Source: Terriglobia bacterium (GTDB lineage Bacteria; Acidobacteriota; Terriglobia; JAJPHL01; JAPKYU01). From it: DNA of 64,000 nucleotides. A program made the position numbers and the translations under genes. The stretch spans positions 1 to 64,000 of the forward strand of contig CBDBKE010000004.1 in assembly GCA_965206645.1 (NCBI GenBank). Direction: 5' to 3'. Below, piece by piece: positions 31,991 to 41,921 of this stretch. Under the pieces are notes generated by a model. It was not told the origin of the DNA, made no database searches, and was given only the letters and a program-made list of their open reading frames with translations. Position 1 is the stretch's first letter, and each line of letters begins with the position of its first letter.

Positions 31991-32443
31991 ACCAGAGCGC
32001 CTGAGCCGTACCTGGGAGCCCCTTGGGGGAGTCCTGCGCGCCCCAAAGGGCCACCTATCATGGGTGTCCTCCAAGTTTCCGAAGAGGATATCTTCGCCAA
32101 CCGTAGCACGGACTCTCTTAGTCGACCCTTTACAAGGAGCGGTTCTCCCGTGTCTGGCTGTGCTCCGAATGGGCGGCCCTGAAACCTGGATTCGATGGTG
32201 CTGATACCGGTATCGATCTGGTCGTCGAGAAGCGCTAAGGCTGCGCTATTCAGTGCAAGTGTCCACAAGGCCGACAGGCGGTGGACCTGGATAACCAGAC
32301 CGACGTTACGCGACCAGCGCCGACGCTGGGGCAGGGCGGGACTCGGTGGTAGGCTGCGCTGGCATTGTGGTCTACCGTGAGGAGGCCTCGATCGTCTGAA
32401 CGCGAATGATCCTGAATCGTGTAGAATCGTGTGGGAGGTGCAG

Positions 32444-32884
32444 ATGGCCAGAAGAATGGTGGCCATTGTGGTCGCGACGGTTATCATAGCTCTGACATTC
32501 GCACCACGTGTGGCATTGACCCAGGAAAAGAAGACGGAACGCATTGCCATTTCGGAGCTGAAGAAGAAGCTCAACAGCGGCGCGAAGTTCCTCTTGATCG
32601 ATGTCCGCGAGGACTGGGAAATGAAAAGGGACGGTGCGATCCCCGGTGCCATCCACATCCCGGTGGCCGAGCTGGACAAGCGGATGAAGGACATCCCCAA
32701 GAATATCCGGCTTGTCTTCTACTGAGGGGGTGGAGGGCGCGCGTCGCGCGCTGCCGAGAAATTTGTCAGAGCGGGCTACAAAGCAGGTCAGTTTTGCGGC
32801 ATTCGGGATTGGAAGAAAGAAGATCAGAAGGTCGTTGAGAAGGTAGATCGGCCGGCGGAAGGATCGATCCGGCCGAAGCCGTAG
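32444..32884 (+). CDS. Secreted rhodanese-like protein, probable selenoprotein (UGA at 32723-32725)
   Basis: LIDVRE..E...GAIPGAIHIP then VFY-UGA-GGGGRAS; frame stays open for 52 rhodanese-like codons after UGA; GC hairpin just downstream. Confidence 0.8.
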
Positions 32885-33106
32885 TAGATTCCCAGTCGGG
32901 ACATGTCACAAACGGCGGTCTGTGACCGCCGCTTTTCTACGTTACCTGGACCGTGTTACCTGGATCGTCGTCCGAGGCCGCTGACCGAATCAAGGGACAC
33001 CCCACGCCATCCAGGCTGGACCATAGGTAAACACTAGGCCCTGTGTGGGGACTGTCGGCCTTGTTCGGGAGGCCTACTTCCCCAAGCGGCGGGCAGGATG
33101 ACCCTC

Positions 33107-33543
33107 GCTGATGCGCGTGTTATCCTGGCGAGGCTTCCTGCTGAAATGAAGCTTGTGGGCCCACACCGTTCAGTTTGGCAAGAATCTATCCTGCCATTCC
33201 CATCGCTCTGCGTTCCATTCGCCGGAGCATGGCGCGTCCGGTTCCAGGTACCCCGTCCCGGTTGCAATTCCCCAACCGGGCTTGCCGCCTCCGACCGGAA
33301 GACGGGTATGGGATTGCGCCATTTGCCGCTGAGCTTCGCCGGTACCGGTGGGTCCGACGCAACACTCGCGCCAGAACGGTCCCCTCGCCTTCCGGCGTTT
33401 GGCACTCGCTGTTGCCCTTGTCGGCCCTGCCCGAACCGGCTTCGGCGGCGCTGTTCCTCCCGCGTCAGGGTTTGGCCGTTTCCGCCATTCGGGGTGAGCG
33501 GAAACGCTCACAAACCCTTAACTTCAAAAGGAGGAAACAGGTC
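33107..33543 (+). other. Conserved structured leader, copy 1 (ssDNA-promoter-like or ncRNA)
   Basis: Colinear with 51937-52373 and contains several inverted repeats. Confidence 0.55.
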
Positions 33544-33792
33544 ATGGCTAACCCCAAACCCGTTGCTGAAGTCCGTATCGGTCGCGTCAAGGCTGCGATT
33601 TGGCCGAACAAAACCGAAGGCCGCACGAGGCACAATGTCACCTTCTCCCGTCTCTACAGGGACGGCGAGAAATGGAAGAGGACGCAGAGCTTTGGTCGCA
33701 ACGACCTGTTGGTGCTGGCGAAAGTGGCCGATCAGGCCCGCTCGCGCATCTTCGAGCTTCAGCAGGAAGAACAGCCGGAGGCGGAGTCCTAG
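33544..33792 (+). CDS. Small conserved plasmid-type protein, possible ssDNA-binding (PC4/SpoVG-like), copy 1
   Basis: AGGAGG RBS; VKAAIW.N...HNVTFSRLY.DG..WK.TQSF.RNDLL; acidic tail; paralog at 52374. Confidence 0.8.
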   Translation: MANPKPVAEVRIGRVKAAIWPNKTEGRTRHNVTFSRLYRDGEKWKRTQSFGRNDLLVLAKVADQARSRIFELQQEEQPEAES

Positions 33793-34102
33793 TGTGCGGC
33801 AGGCATCGGAGAGCGGCGGGGCCGGTACCCGCCGCTCTCCGAACCTTCACAAGTGAGCCTGACACGTTTTGATGGTTGAACAGAGCCTGCTTTACATTAC
33901 GCTGAATATGAATTGCGGGCGGCTCAGTCTGCGTTTATGAATAGGCCAGGTTAAGCCAGAACAAGCCTGGAATAAGCCAACCTGCAGTTTCACAAGCGTT
34001 TCCAGCGTGCTTGCTTATGCCGATTCATGCACCAATGCCACTTGATGATGCAAAGAAGTTCTGCACGTGAGCGTTTATGAACCATCGGCCTACGATCAAA
34101 TT

Positions 34103-34208
34103 ATGAGCCACTCCGTCCGTAGTCATCTTCGCCTTGAGATTGATGCCTACGACGATACCATCCGCAAGTTCATCCCAGGCTACGAAGAAGGATTGACCAG
34201 GGCTGACG
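34103..34208 (+). pseudogene. N-terminal stub of SAM methyltransferase cut by IS3
   Basis: DAYDDTIRKFIPGYEE resembles the CmoA-like N-terminus. Confidence 0.5.
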
Positions 34209-34580
34209 TGACCGGGGTTTTTTGTGCCAGGTGAAATGAGAGAGAATTCACCTGAGAAGGAGCCCCGATCATGTCGACGAAGAGGTATAAGCCGGAGCAG
34301 GTTGTAAACCTCCTCCGGCAGATCGAAGTGGAGACTGCCAACGGGAAGACCACGCCGCAGGCCTGCAAGGAAGCGGAGATCCACACGCAGACCTACTACC
34401 GGTGGCGGAAGGAATACGGCGGGTTGAAACGAGAGCAAGCGAAACGGCTGAAGGAGTTGGAGAAGGAAAACGCTCGCCTGAAGCGGTTGGTGGCGCAGTT
34501 GTCGCTGGAGAAGCAAGTTTTGCGGGAGGTGGCGGAGGGAAACTTCTAAGCCCTGAGCGGCGTCGTTGTGCGGTGGAGCG
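34205..34580 (+). mobile_element. IS3-family left-end fragment with orfA (34271-34549)
   Basis: TGACGTGACCGGGGTTTTTTGTGCCA end; orfA homologous to copy D; orfB lost. Confidence 0.85.
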
Positions 34581-34671
34581 GGCCGGGCTCCGCCCTTGAC
34601 ACCGTTTCCACTAGCCCTGATAGTCTCCCTATGTATCCGCAATTCCGTTTCCTAGGCAAGGAGGAGCGATA

Positions 34672-34989
34672 ATGGGGCTAGTGGGCAAGTTCTCTTTTAT
34701 CGTCGGACTGGCGATTGCTGTGGCCGGAGGCTTAGGCTTTGAACAGGCTTGGTTTGGCTGGGTACTTGCAGTACTCGGCCTGATCGTCGGATTCTTGAAT
34801 ATCAGCAACAAGGAGAGTCAGACCTTCCTCTTAGCGGCGATAGCGCTGATCGTAGCGGCCAACGCCGTCGGAGCGATCCCCTACGTCGGAGAGGGGACGA
34901 CCCGGATCATCGCAAATCTCGTGCTCTTCCTGGGGGGCGCGGTCTTGGTCGTAGCGGTTAAGAGTCTGTTCGCGGCAGCGAGAGACTGA
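34672..34989 (+). CDS. Small four-TM membrane protein
   Basis: GGAGGAG RBS; hydrophobic segments, GLIVGFLNI...E...FLLAAIAL. Confidence 0.75.
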   Translation: MGLVGKFSFIVGLAIAVAGGLGFEQAWFGWVLAVLGLIVGFLNISNKESQTFLLAAIALIVAANAVGAIPYVGEGTTRIIANLVLFLGGAVLVVAVKSLFAAARD

Positions 34990-35341
34990 AGTCGCTCTGA
35001 CGCGGGCGTCATCGAGTCCGGAAAGCTTTCTCGCGAAAGCGGCGTTCTCACCGAGTCGCTTTCAGCGCCGCCTGAGCCGCGGTGTCCTGGTCATTTGCGG
35101 AGACGTGTGCGGAACCGATTAGCGCTGCACAAAGGTATCGCCAAACGAATCAATACTGCGACACCGTTTCGCAGCGCCAGAGTCCTTGAAAACCCGTAAG
35201 GCTTGGGATCGTTGCAAAGACGTTCCTTTGAGCAACTACGTCCATCGATAGAGCGGCTGACAATTAGCACTGCCGAGCGTGCCACCCTTGAGCCTTGATA
35301 TATCTTATGCTGGACGTCTCTTGTCGGCCATGAAGAAAGAG

Positions 35342-36172
35342 GGATGTGTTGCAACTTTCAAAAATCAGCAAGAGAGCGACTGGTTGGGTCGACCGGGCCC
35401 CATCTTATGCAGCCACTTCGAACAGCTTGTTGATGAACTGAATCTGTTGCCGAACATCTGAACCGTTCACCCGTCTCGCCTGTCCCTTCCGGATCATGTG
35501 TATGGCCTCGTATCCCTGAATCGTTCGCCGCGCCGCGTGGAATTCACGAAAACCCTGCTTCGCCTTTACGCGTCGTTCGATCGCTCGATGATCCTGCTCC
35601 AGGATGTTGTTCAAGTATTGGACAGGCCGGTGGCGGCAACGGCGTCGCAAGATTCCTTCCTGCTTCAGTCCTGAAATCGTAGCGCCATAAAGGCGTGCCT
35701 GGTCGGTGTTGATGACGCGGGGCTGCGGATGCGACGGATCCGTCAGCGCCTTGCGAAACAGGCGTTTGGCCGTAGCGGCATCGCGCAACCCCGAGAGCAC
35801 GAAGTCGATCGTGGCACCGGTGGAATCGATGGCTCGGTAGAGGTAACACCAGCGACCCTTGACACGAATGTAGGTCTCATCGACACGCCAGGACTTATTG
35901 GTTGGCTTGAGATGACGGCGTAGCCGCTCCTCCAGTTCGGGACCGTAGCGCTGGACCCAGCGCCAGATTGTCGTATAGTCTGTCTTCAGGCCGCGCTCGC
36001 CGAGCAGCTCTTCGACATCGCGGAACGAGAGTGAGTACCGTAGGTACCAGCGCACAGCGCAAAGAATCAGCTCGGGCTCGGTTTGTCGCCACTTGAAGAT
36101 CACCGGTCGGATTGTCTTTTTCATGATCTCTTCAGGTTGCCAGTCGCCGTCGGCCAAAGTTGCAACACAACC
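35342..36172 (-). mobile_element. IS6-family element (transposase 35405-36124)
   Basis: IRs GG(A/T)TGTGTTGCAACTTT; WRVDETYI, YLYRAID, YLNNILEQDHR. Confidence 0.95.
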
Positions 36173-36250
36173 GCCCCGATCGTTCAACCGGGAATCAGTG
36201 GGTCGTGGCCGGGGTGAAGGAAAGGGAAGTCCCCATACGGACGTGAAACA

Positions 36251-36487
36251 CTACAGGACAGAGCTAAGAAACCTTTTCACTATTTGTAGTCCAACCAGAA
36301 GAACCACCGGCGAGAAATCCAGTCCACCCATGGACGGGAGCGCGCGCCGAATCGGCTGTAACAGCGGTTCGGTAAGCCTGTTAACAAACTGGACAACCGG
36401 GTTGCCAGATGGGAGGTGGACCCACGAGAGTATGACCGCGCCTAAAACGATCAACGAGTAGAGATCGATGATATTGATCAGAATCAT
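36251..36487 (-). CDS. yggT: YggT-family membrane protein
   Basis: ILSWV...NP.VQF..RLTEPLL.PIRR.LP.MGGLDFSP. Confidence 0.9.
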   Translation of the reverse strand: MILINIIDLYSLIVLGAVILSWVHLPSGNPVVQFVNRLTEPLLQPIRRALPSMGGLDFSPVVLLVGLQIVKRFLSSVL

Positions 36488-36762
36488 AAGTTGCAGTCAT
36501 TCATCCTGAATTCCCAGTTTGGGCTTCTGCCCGTAACAGGGTAGCCCTCTCTTCTCCTGAACACAATCAATTCACCGCCGGAAGCCAGGCACGGCCGGAT
36601 CGAACTACGGCCCAGTCGTTGAAAAAGATCAAGATCAGTTGGCCCGCATTGAACTACGCCACGGCCAAGGGGGTGCTAATCTTGCACCCCTCGCCGCCCT
36701 CGATCCTGCCGGCGCAGCGCCGTCTCTTGGAATAGCGGCTGGATAGGACTTTACAGGCATAG

Positions 36763-38832
36763 ATGAACGAGGCTGAACGTAAGAAGTACGACGAAGCAGA
36801 GGCCAGCGGACTATTACCGCGACTTCGATTAGTCGTGCAGTCGTACTGTGCACCAATCTGGTGGGAGATCGACGGCAAGACCATTCTCGGCAGCGGCTCG
36901 ATGTGCGTGATCGCAACGCCACAATCCGTCTTCGGTGTCACCGCCAACCATGTGCTCACGATTTACGAGAAACACAAGGTCGCGCATCCCGACGCGTTCT
37001 GTCAGCTTGGTAGCGCGCCCTTCGACCCTATCCGGAATCTGATTGCGCGCAGCAAGTGTTGGGATCTCGCGACGTTTGGAATCCCCGATTTCACGCTGAA
37101 GCACTGGGGCCGACACAACCGGATCTACGAGACGGAGGCTTGGCCACCGCCTGCTATCAAGAAGAATGATCAAGTCATTCTTGGCGGGTATCCGACGAAC
37201 CGTCGGACTCAAATGACCTGCCTGGCGATTTCCGGACCAGCTGAAGCCTGAGAGAATGGCGCCCTCGGAGAAACGAGGGAGCCATGAAGAAGACCCGGTT
37301 TACCGAAGAGCAGATGGTGACGATCCTCCGCGAGGCCGATCAGCGGCCCGTTCCGGAGGTGGCCAAAAAGAACGGCGTCAGCGCCCAGACGCTCTACGCC
37401 TGGCGGAAACACTTCGGCACGTTGGAGCCCGCCGATGTGAAGCGGCTGCGGCAGCTCGAGCAGGAGAACGGCCGGCTGAAAAAGATGGTGGCCGATCGAG
37501 ATCTGGAGATCGACGTGCTCAAGGAGATCACCCGAAAAAAATGGTAGGCGCACGCGTGCGCCGGCCGCAGGTCGCGTATGCACGTGCACGCGGTCTGTCG
37601 GGTCGCCGCGCGTGCGCCTTGCTCTCCGTCGCACGGTCCACGCTGGGCTACCAGTCGCGGCTGGTCGACCGGGATGCCCCGGCGCTGGCCGCGATGCGTC
37701 GTCTGGCGGCGCAGTATCCGCGGTACGGCTATCGCCGGATTCGGATTTTCCTAAAACGCGAAGGGCACACGATGAGCACGGACCGGACCCATCGCCTCTG
37801 GCGCCAGGCGGGGTTGCAGGTGCCTCGGCGGCGGCCGCGGCGCCGGGTCGCCCTGAGCCGGCCCCGCCCGGTGCCCGCCACTGCGGTCAATCACGTCTGG
37901 GCGTACGACTTCGTGTTCGACACCTGCGCGAATGGGCAGACGCTCAAGTGCCTCACCGTCGTCGACGAATGGACCCGCGAGTCACTCGCGATCGACGTGG
38001 CCGGCGGCATTCGGTCCGGGCGCGTTATCGAGGTGCTCACGCAGCTCGTGAGCGTCCACGGAGCCCCACGTTACCTCCGGTCCGACAACGGCCCCGAGTT
38101 TGTCGCGGGTGCGATTCTCCGGTGGCTGCTCCAGGCGCAGATCGAAACCGCGCTCATCGAGCCGGGGAAGCCGTGGCAGAATGCGACCGACGAATCGTTC
38201 AACGGGAAGTTCCGCGACGAGTATCTGAGCCTGCAGTGGTTTCGGAACCGCGTGGACGCGAAGGTGGGGATCGAGCAATGGCGACGGCACTACAACGACG
38301 TGCGACCGCACTCGAGCCTTGGCTATCTGACGCCAGCCGAGTTCAAAGCGCAGCTCCGTGCTGGCTCGGATGACGGTGGGCGCTCGCCGGCGATGCCGGC
38401 TCACGCTGACCAAGAAGAACACGAGAGCGACTTAACCATGCCGACTGGCGCTGTTCTCCAGTAATCGGTGGTCCGAAGAAAGCCGGCAGGTCACAAACTC
38501 CTGGAGAGAGGCCCGCAACGATGACCAGCGACTTCGTGTCGTTCATCGCCCGAGCGGACAACTGGTCGGAGAACCACATGTCGTTCTGCTTCGACTCGAA
38601 CAGCTGGTACTGGCCTCAAGGCGAGGAACTGCCCCCCAATCTGGAGTTCAGTGGTGCTAGCGGGGGACCGTGTTTCCTGATGGTGCCCAAGGAAGATCGA
38701 ATCGAACTCGCAGGATTTATTTATGAGGCGCACACGGAGTACGAGGTCATCCGGGTCAGACAGGCGAACCTTATTACCCCAGACGGGACTATCGACCCAC
38801 CCCCAGTCGGAGCGCAGCCGCCGAGAGGCTAA
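36763..38832 (+). pseudogene. Trypsin-like serine protease interrupted by IS3
   Basis: VTANHV and DLA before the IS; SGASGGP after it; frame is restored on removing the IS and one CAAA. Confidence 0.75.
37214..38493 (+). mobile_element. IS3-family (IS407-like) element, intact, 4-bp TSD CAAA
   Basis: TGACCTGCC...GGCAGGTCA; orfA 37284-37547, A7 slippery run, orf[14 protein letters not shown]. Confidence 0.95.
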
Positions 38833-39016
38833 CGACGAGAAGCCGGCTGAGCGAGCATCGCTGTAAATCCGGCCCAAGGATTGCAGGAGAACTGGCCTAC
38901 CGCGTGGGTCGTGTCGGGCTCTAGGTTGCCTCGTGACGGCGAACGAGGGGCGGGCACTCTAGCCGTCTGCCGCCCCAGTAATCGCTCCTGGGTCCGCTCA
39001 GCGCCGGTGACGCTGG

Positions 39017-40455
39017 GAGGGTGTCCTGAACTCAGTTGAAAGTTCGTAGCGGCGGTTCGGAGCCATCATACTACGCCACCTCCCGTCGAGTGGCCAACTT
39101 TGATCCTTCGAGGATCGCTTTCAACATCCACAGGTCCTGGTACCCCATCAGGCGGCGGAAGTTTTTCTCCGTGGCCAGGAAGCTGGAGGCGACCCAGCGC
39201 TGGACCATGGCCGCATCCCGCCAGCGGCACACCCGGCGAGTTCGCAACCTCACTCCCGCCTGCGGACTCTCGATGAGATTGGTGGTGGCCAGACAGCGAT
39301 GTAGCGAAGCCGGAAGCCCCAGCCGGTTGATGGTGAAACATTCCTCCAGACCCTCCCGTAAGCTGGCCGCCGCGGCCGGACAATCTCGCTCCAACCATTG
39401 GGCCAACTTCTCCAGCTTGGCCCTGCCGGTCTTCGGATCCAACCGCCAGGCGGCCCGCATCGCCGCCCGCACCTGGTCCCGCTCTGGCTCCGGCAACCGG
39501 TCCAGGACGTTGCGCAACTTGTGGGCGCGGCAGCGCTGCACCGGCTGCTCGGCCCCGAACACGGCGCGGATCGCCGCCCGCAAGGCCTTCGAGCCGTCGA
39601 TCACAAACAGCCGTTTCTGGGCCGGCTGCACCCCTCGCCGCACTAAACCTTCCAGCAAGTCCTGGACGGCCGCGGCGTTCTCCGTAGCCCCCTGCTGAAT
39701 CCCCAGCACGTGCTTGTGCCCTTCCGCATCCACGCCCACAGCCGCAATCACGTGATGGTCGCCAAACACCATCCCGTCGATGTAGAGGATCAGCAACTCT
39801 ACTTCCTCGAAGCGGCGGTTCAACAGACGTTCTAACTCGGCTGCGGCAGCCTCCATCGTTTCCCGGCTGACCGTGGAGCGCGACACACCCACGGTGTCCG
39901 CCATCTCCGGCAACACCCGCTGGTACTGCCGGGTCGAGACGCCCCGCAGCAAGATATCCAACATCCGGGCCCCCAGACCCTCGCCCTCCTGCATGGCTTC
40001 GTAGGCCGGGAGGGGAACTTCTTTCCCCGCTCCCCGGCCTGGCCGCCGGAGCCGTGGCCTGTGCACGGCCAGCTTTCTCTCCTTCAGGCGCACCCGTCCC
40101 CGCTGGCGCCCATACCAGCCCACCCCACGGCGCCGCCGGCCCTGACGGCGTGGACCGGCCACCTGCGCGGCCGACAACTCCAGCACCGCTTCAATCGCCG
40201 CCCTACCCACCACGTCGATCAGCTCGTCGACGGCTAACCGCGATTGTTCGATCAACTCCACCCAGGGCAGCAGAAACTGCCCGTGGCGAGCCAGGTAGGC
40301 AGCCAGTTTGCGGGAGCTTCGGCTATCGCTCCGGCCTAGGATGTGGTAGCTTCTCTGCACGGCGGTTCCCCTTTCCAGAAAGTTTCCCAACCCGATTCTA
40401 CGGAACCAGGTCAGCGAACCGCCGCTCAACTTTCAACTAAAGGTGAGACACTCTC
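39017..40455 (-). mobile_element. IS256-family element, 8-bp TSD GACGCTGG
   Basis: GVSTR, LYIDG, VIDGSKAL, QRCRAHK, TTNLIES; IRs GAG(G/A)GTGTC....AGTTGAAAGTT. Confidence 0.95.
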
Positions 40456-40958
40456 GACGCTGGAGACGCTCGATTGCCTCGTGATATTTGTCAGGGATAT
40501 CGCCAGCGACGACGCCGAGCAGGTCGCTTTCGAGCTCGCTGACACGATCCTCTAGCCCTTCAATCCGCTTGTCGACGACGTGGGCTCCGTATAGCCCCAC
40601 CCCCACCACGACCAACCAGGTCCATTCCAAATTTCACCTCCCACCGCGAGCTGGCGGCTTTTTCCACATAAACCCTGTGAATCGGGGCAGTTTTCCTCGG
40701 TCAAACACCCTCACACTCACGTAGTAAAAGAACAAGTGGTAAATACACACATAATCAGGGCTGATGATGAGTGGAAATCTCCATTCGGGGATCTCGACCG
40801 AGAAAAAGCAAGTAGCCTCCGCAGCCGGTCGGGTCAATGGCTCCGCCGTCCGCCGCTCTGCTTCAGCCCTGCGGGTGACTCCGCCCGCCCGCTACGGCTC
40901 CAGGTCCAATAGGGCCGTAAGGGAACCTTACGGCCCGTCAGGACGGCCAGGAACGGTC

Positions 40959-41174
40959 TCATTTTTTGGGGTCGGAAATCTTGAGAAATTGACGGACTCG
41001 ATCAAGATTCCAGTTCTTTTCAAGCTCGTACCTCAGAGAACCGCGATCTTTCTTGGGTCTGGTCACCAGATGCCAACCTGTTACAAACCAGCGAGTAATA
41101 GGCTCAAGAATATGCCTAGTGAAAATCCCGAGAACCCATCCAAGCACAAGCCACAGGACATCGGACATGGACAT
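40959..41174 (-). CDS. Small hypothetical membrane protein coupled to mobS
   Basis: N-terminal TM helix; start adjacent to the mobS stop with GAGG RBS. Confidence 0.5.
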   Translation of the reverse strand: MSMSDVLWLVLGWVLGIFTRHILEPITRWFVTGWHLVTRPKKDRGSLRYELEKNWNLDRVRQFLKISDPKK

Positions 41175-41512
41175 CAGGACACCTCTTTGGGGCGCGGCAA
41201 CAGGTCGAAGAGCGCCCGGTCGCGGTCCCGTTCTAAGAACTCATCGAGGCCCTTGCTGACCCTTTTCATGGAAACCGGGTCGTTCTGGATGATGTCATCC
41301 AGGTAGCTTCCCAGGAGGATCAAGCGGCGGGTCCGGAGCTTGCGTTCTTTGGCATTGATACGGACCTGTGCGCGGAGAATCTGGCGCTCCAAGAGGCTTT
41401 TCTTTTTGCTCCGGAGTTCCTTCAATTCCGCTTCGCGCTTGGAGAGACTATCCTCCAGTTCTGCCTTACGTTTGTTGAGTTCGTCGAGTTCTTTTTGAGG
41501 GTCGCGGACCAT
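41174..41512 (-). CDS. MobS/TraD-like mobilization accessory protein
   Basis: KERKLRTRRLILLG...LDEFLERDRDRALFDL; divergent from the relaxase. Confidence 0.8.
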   Translation of the reverse strand: MVRDPQKELDELNKRKAELEDSLSKREAELKELRSKKKSLLERQILRAQVRINAKERKLRTRRLILLGSYLDDIIQNDPVSMKRVSKGLDEFLERDRDRALFDLLPRPKEVS

Positions 41513-41527
41513 GCCTGGCGATAGTGA

Positions 41528-41560
41528 AGGGCGCACTTTAGGGTTTTGCTTCGCAAAACC
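41528..41560 (-). other. MOBQ-type origin of transfer (oriT)
   Basis: Minus strand GGTTTTGC-GAA-GCAAAACC hairpin followed by TAAAGTGCGCCCT, matching the RSF1010/pSC101-type nic motif. Confidence 0.85.
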
Positions 41561-41590
41561 AGGTGCTCCGGAAAGTGCAAGGGCAGGCGC

Positions 41591-41921
41591 GTGGCCATCT
41601 TTCACTTGGACGTGAAAACCGGCACTCGCGGCGGCGGCCAATCGGCCAGCGCCAAGTTTGATTACCTTGGGCGCGAGGGCCGCTATGCCAAGGACGCCGA
41701 AGAACTGGAATACAAAGAGAGCGGCAACCTGCCCGCTTGGGCAGAGGACGATGCCGGCAAATACTGGCAGGCGGCAGACGACCACGAGCGGGTCAACGGG
41801 CGGCTGTACCAGCAGGTGGAAGTGGCGTTGCCCGTGGAGCTGGACGAGCGGCAGCGCCGCGCGCTGGCCGGCAGCTTCGCCGAGAGGCTGAGCAGGGAAG
41901 AGCGGCTGCCCTATACGCTGG
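41591..41921 (+). pseudogene. mobA: MobA/MobL (MOBQ) relaxase, truncated by IS3
   Basis: MAIFHL.VK..R..GQSA...DY..RE, SGNLPAWA, W.AAD.HER.NGRL..VEVALP.EL. Confidence 0.9.

Noticed and set aside
33098-33856. Long ORFs across the conserved leader (also 51873-52971)
   Set aside because: Frames are not preserved between the two copies because of indels; only the 82-aa gene is shared.
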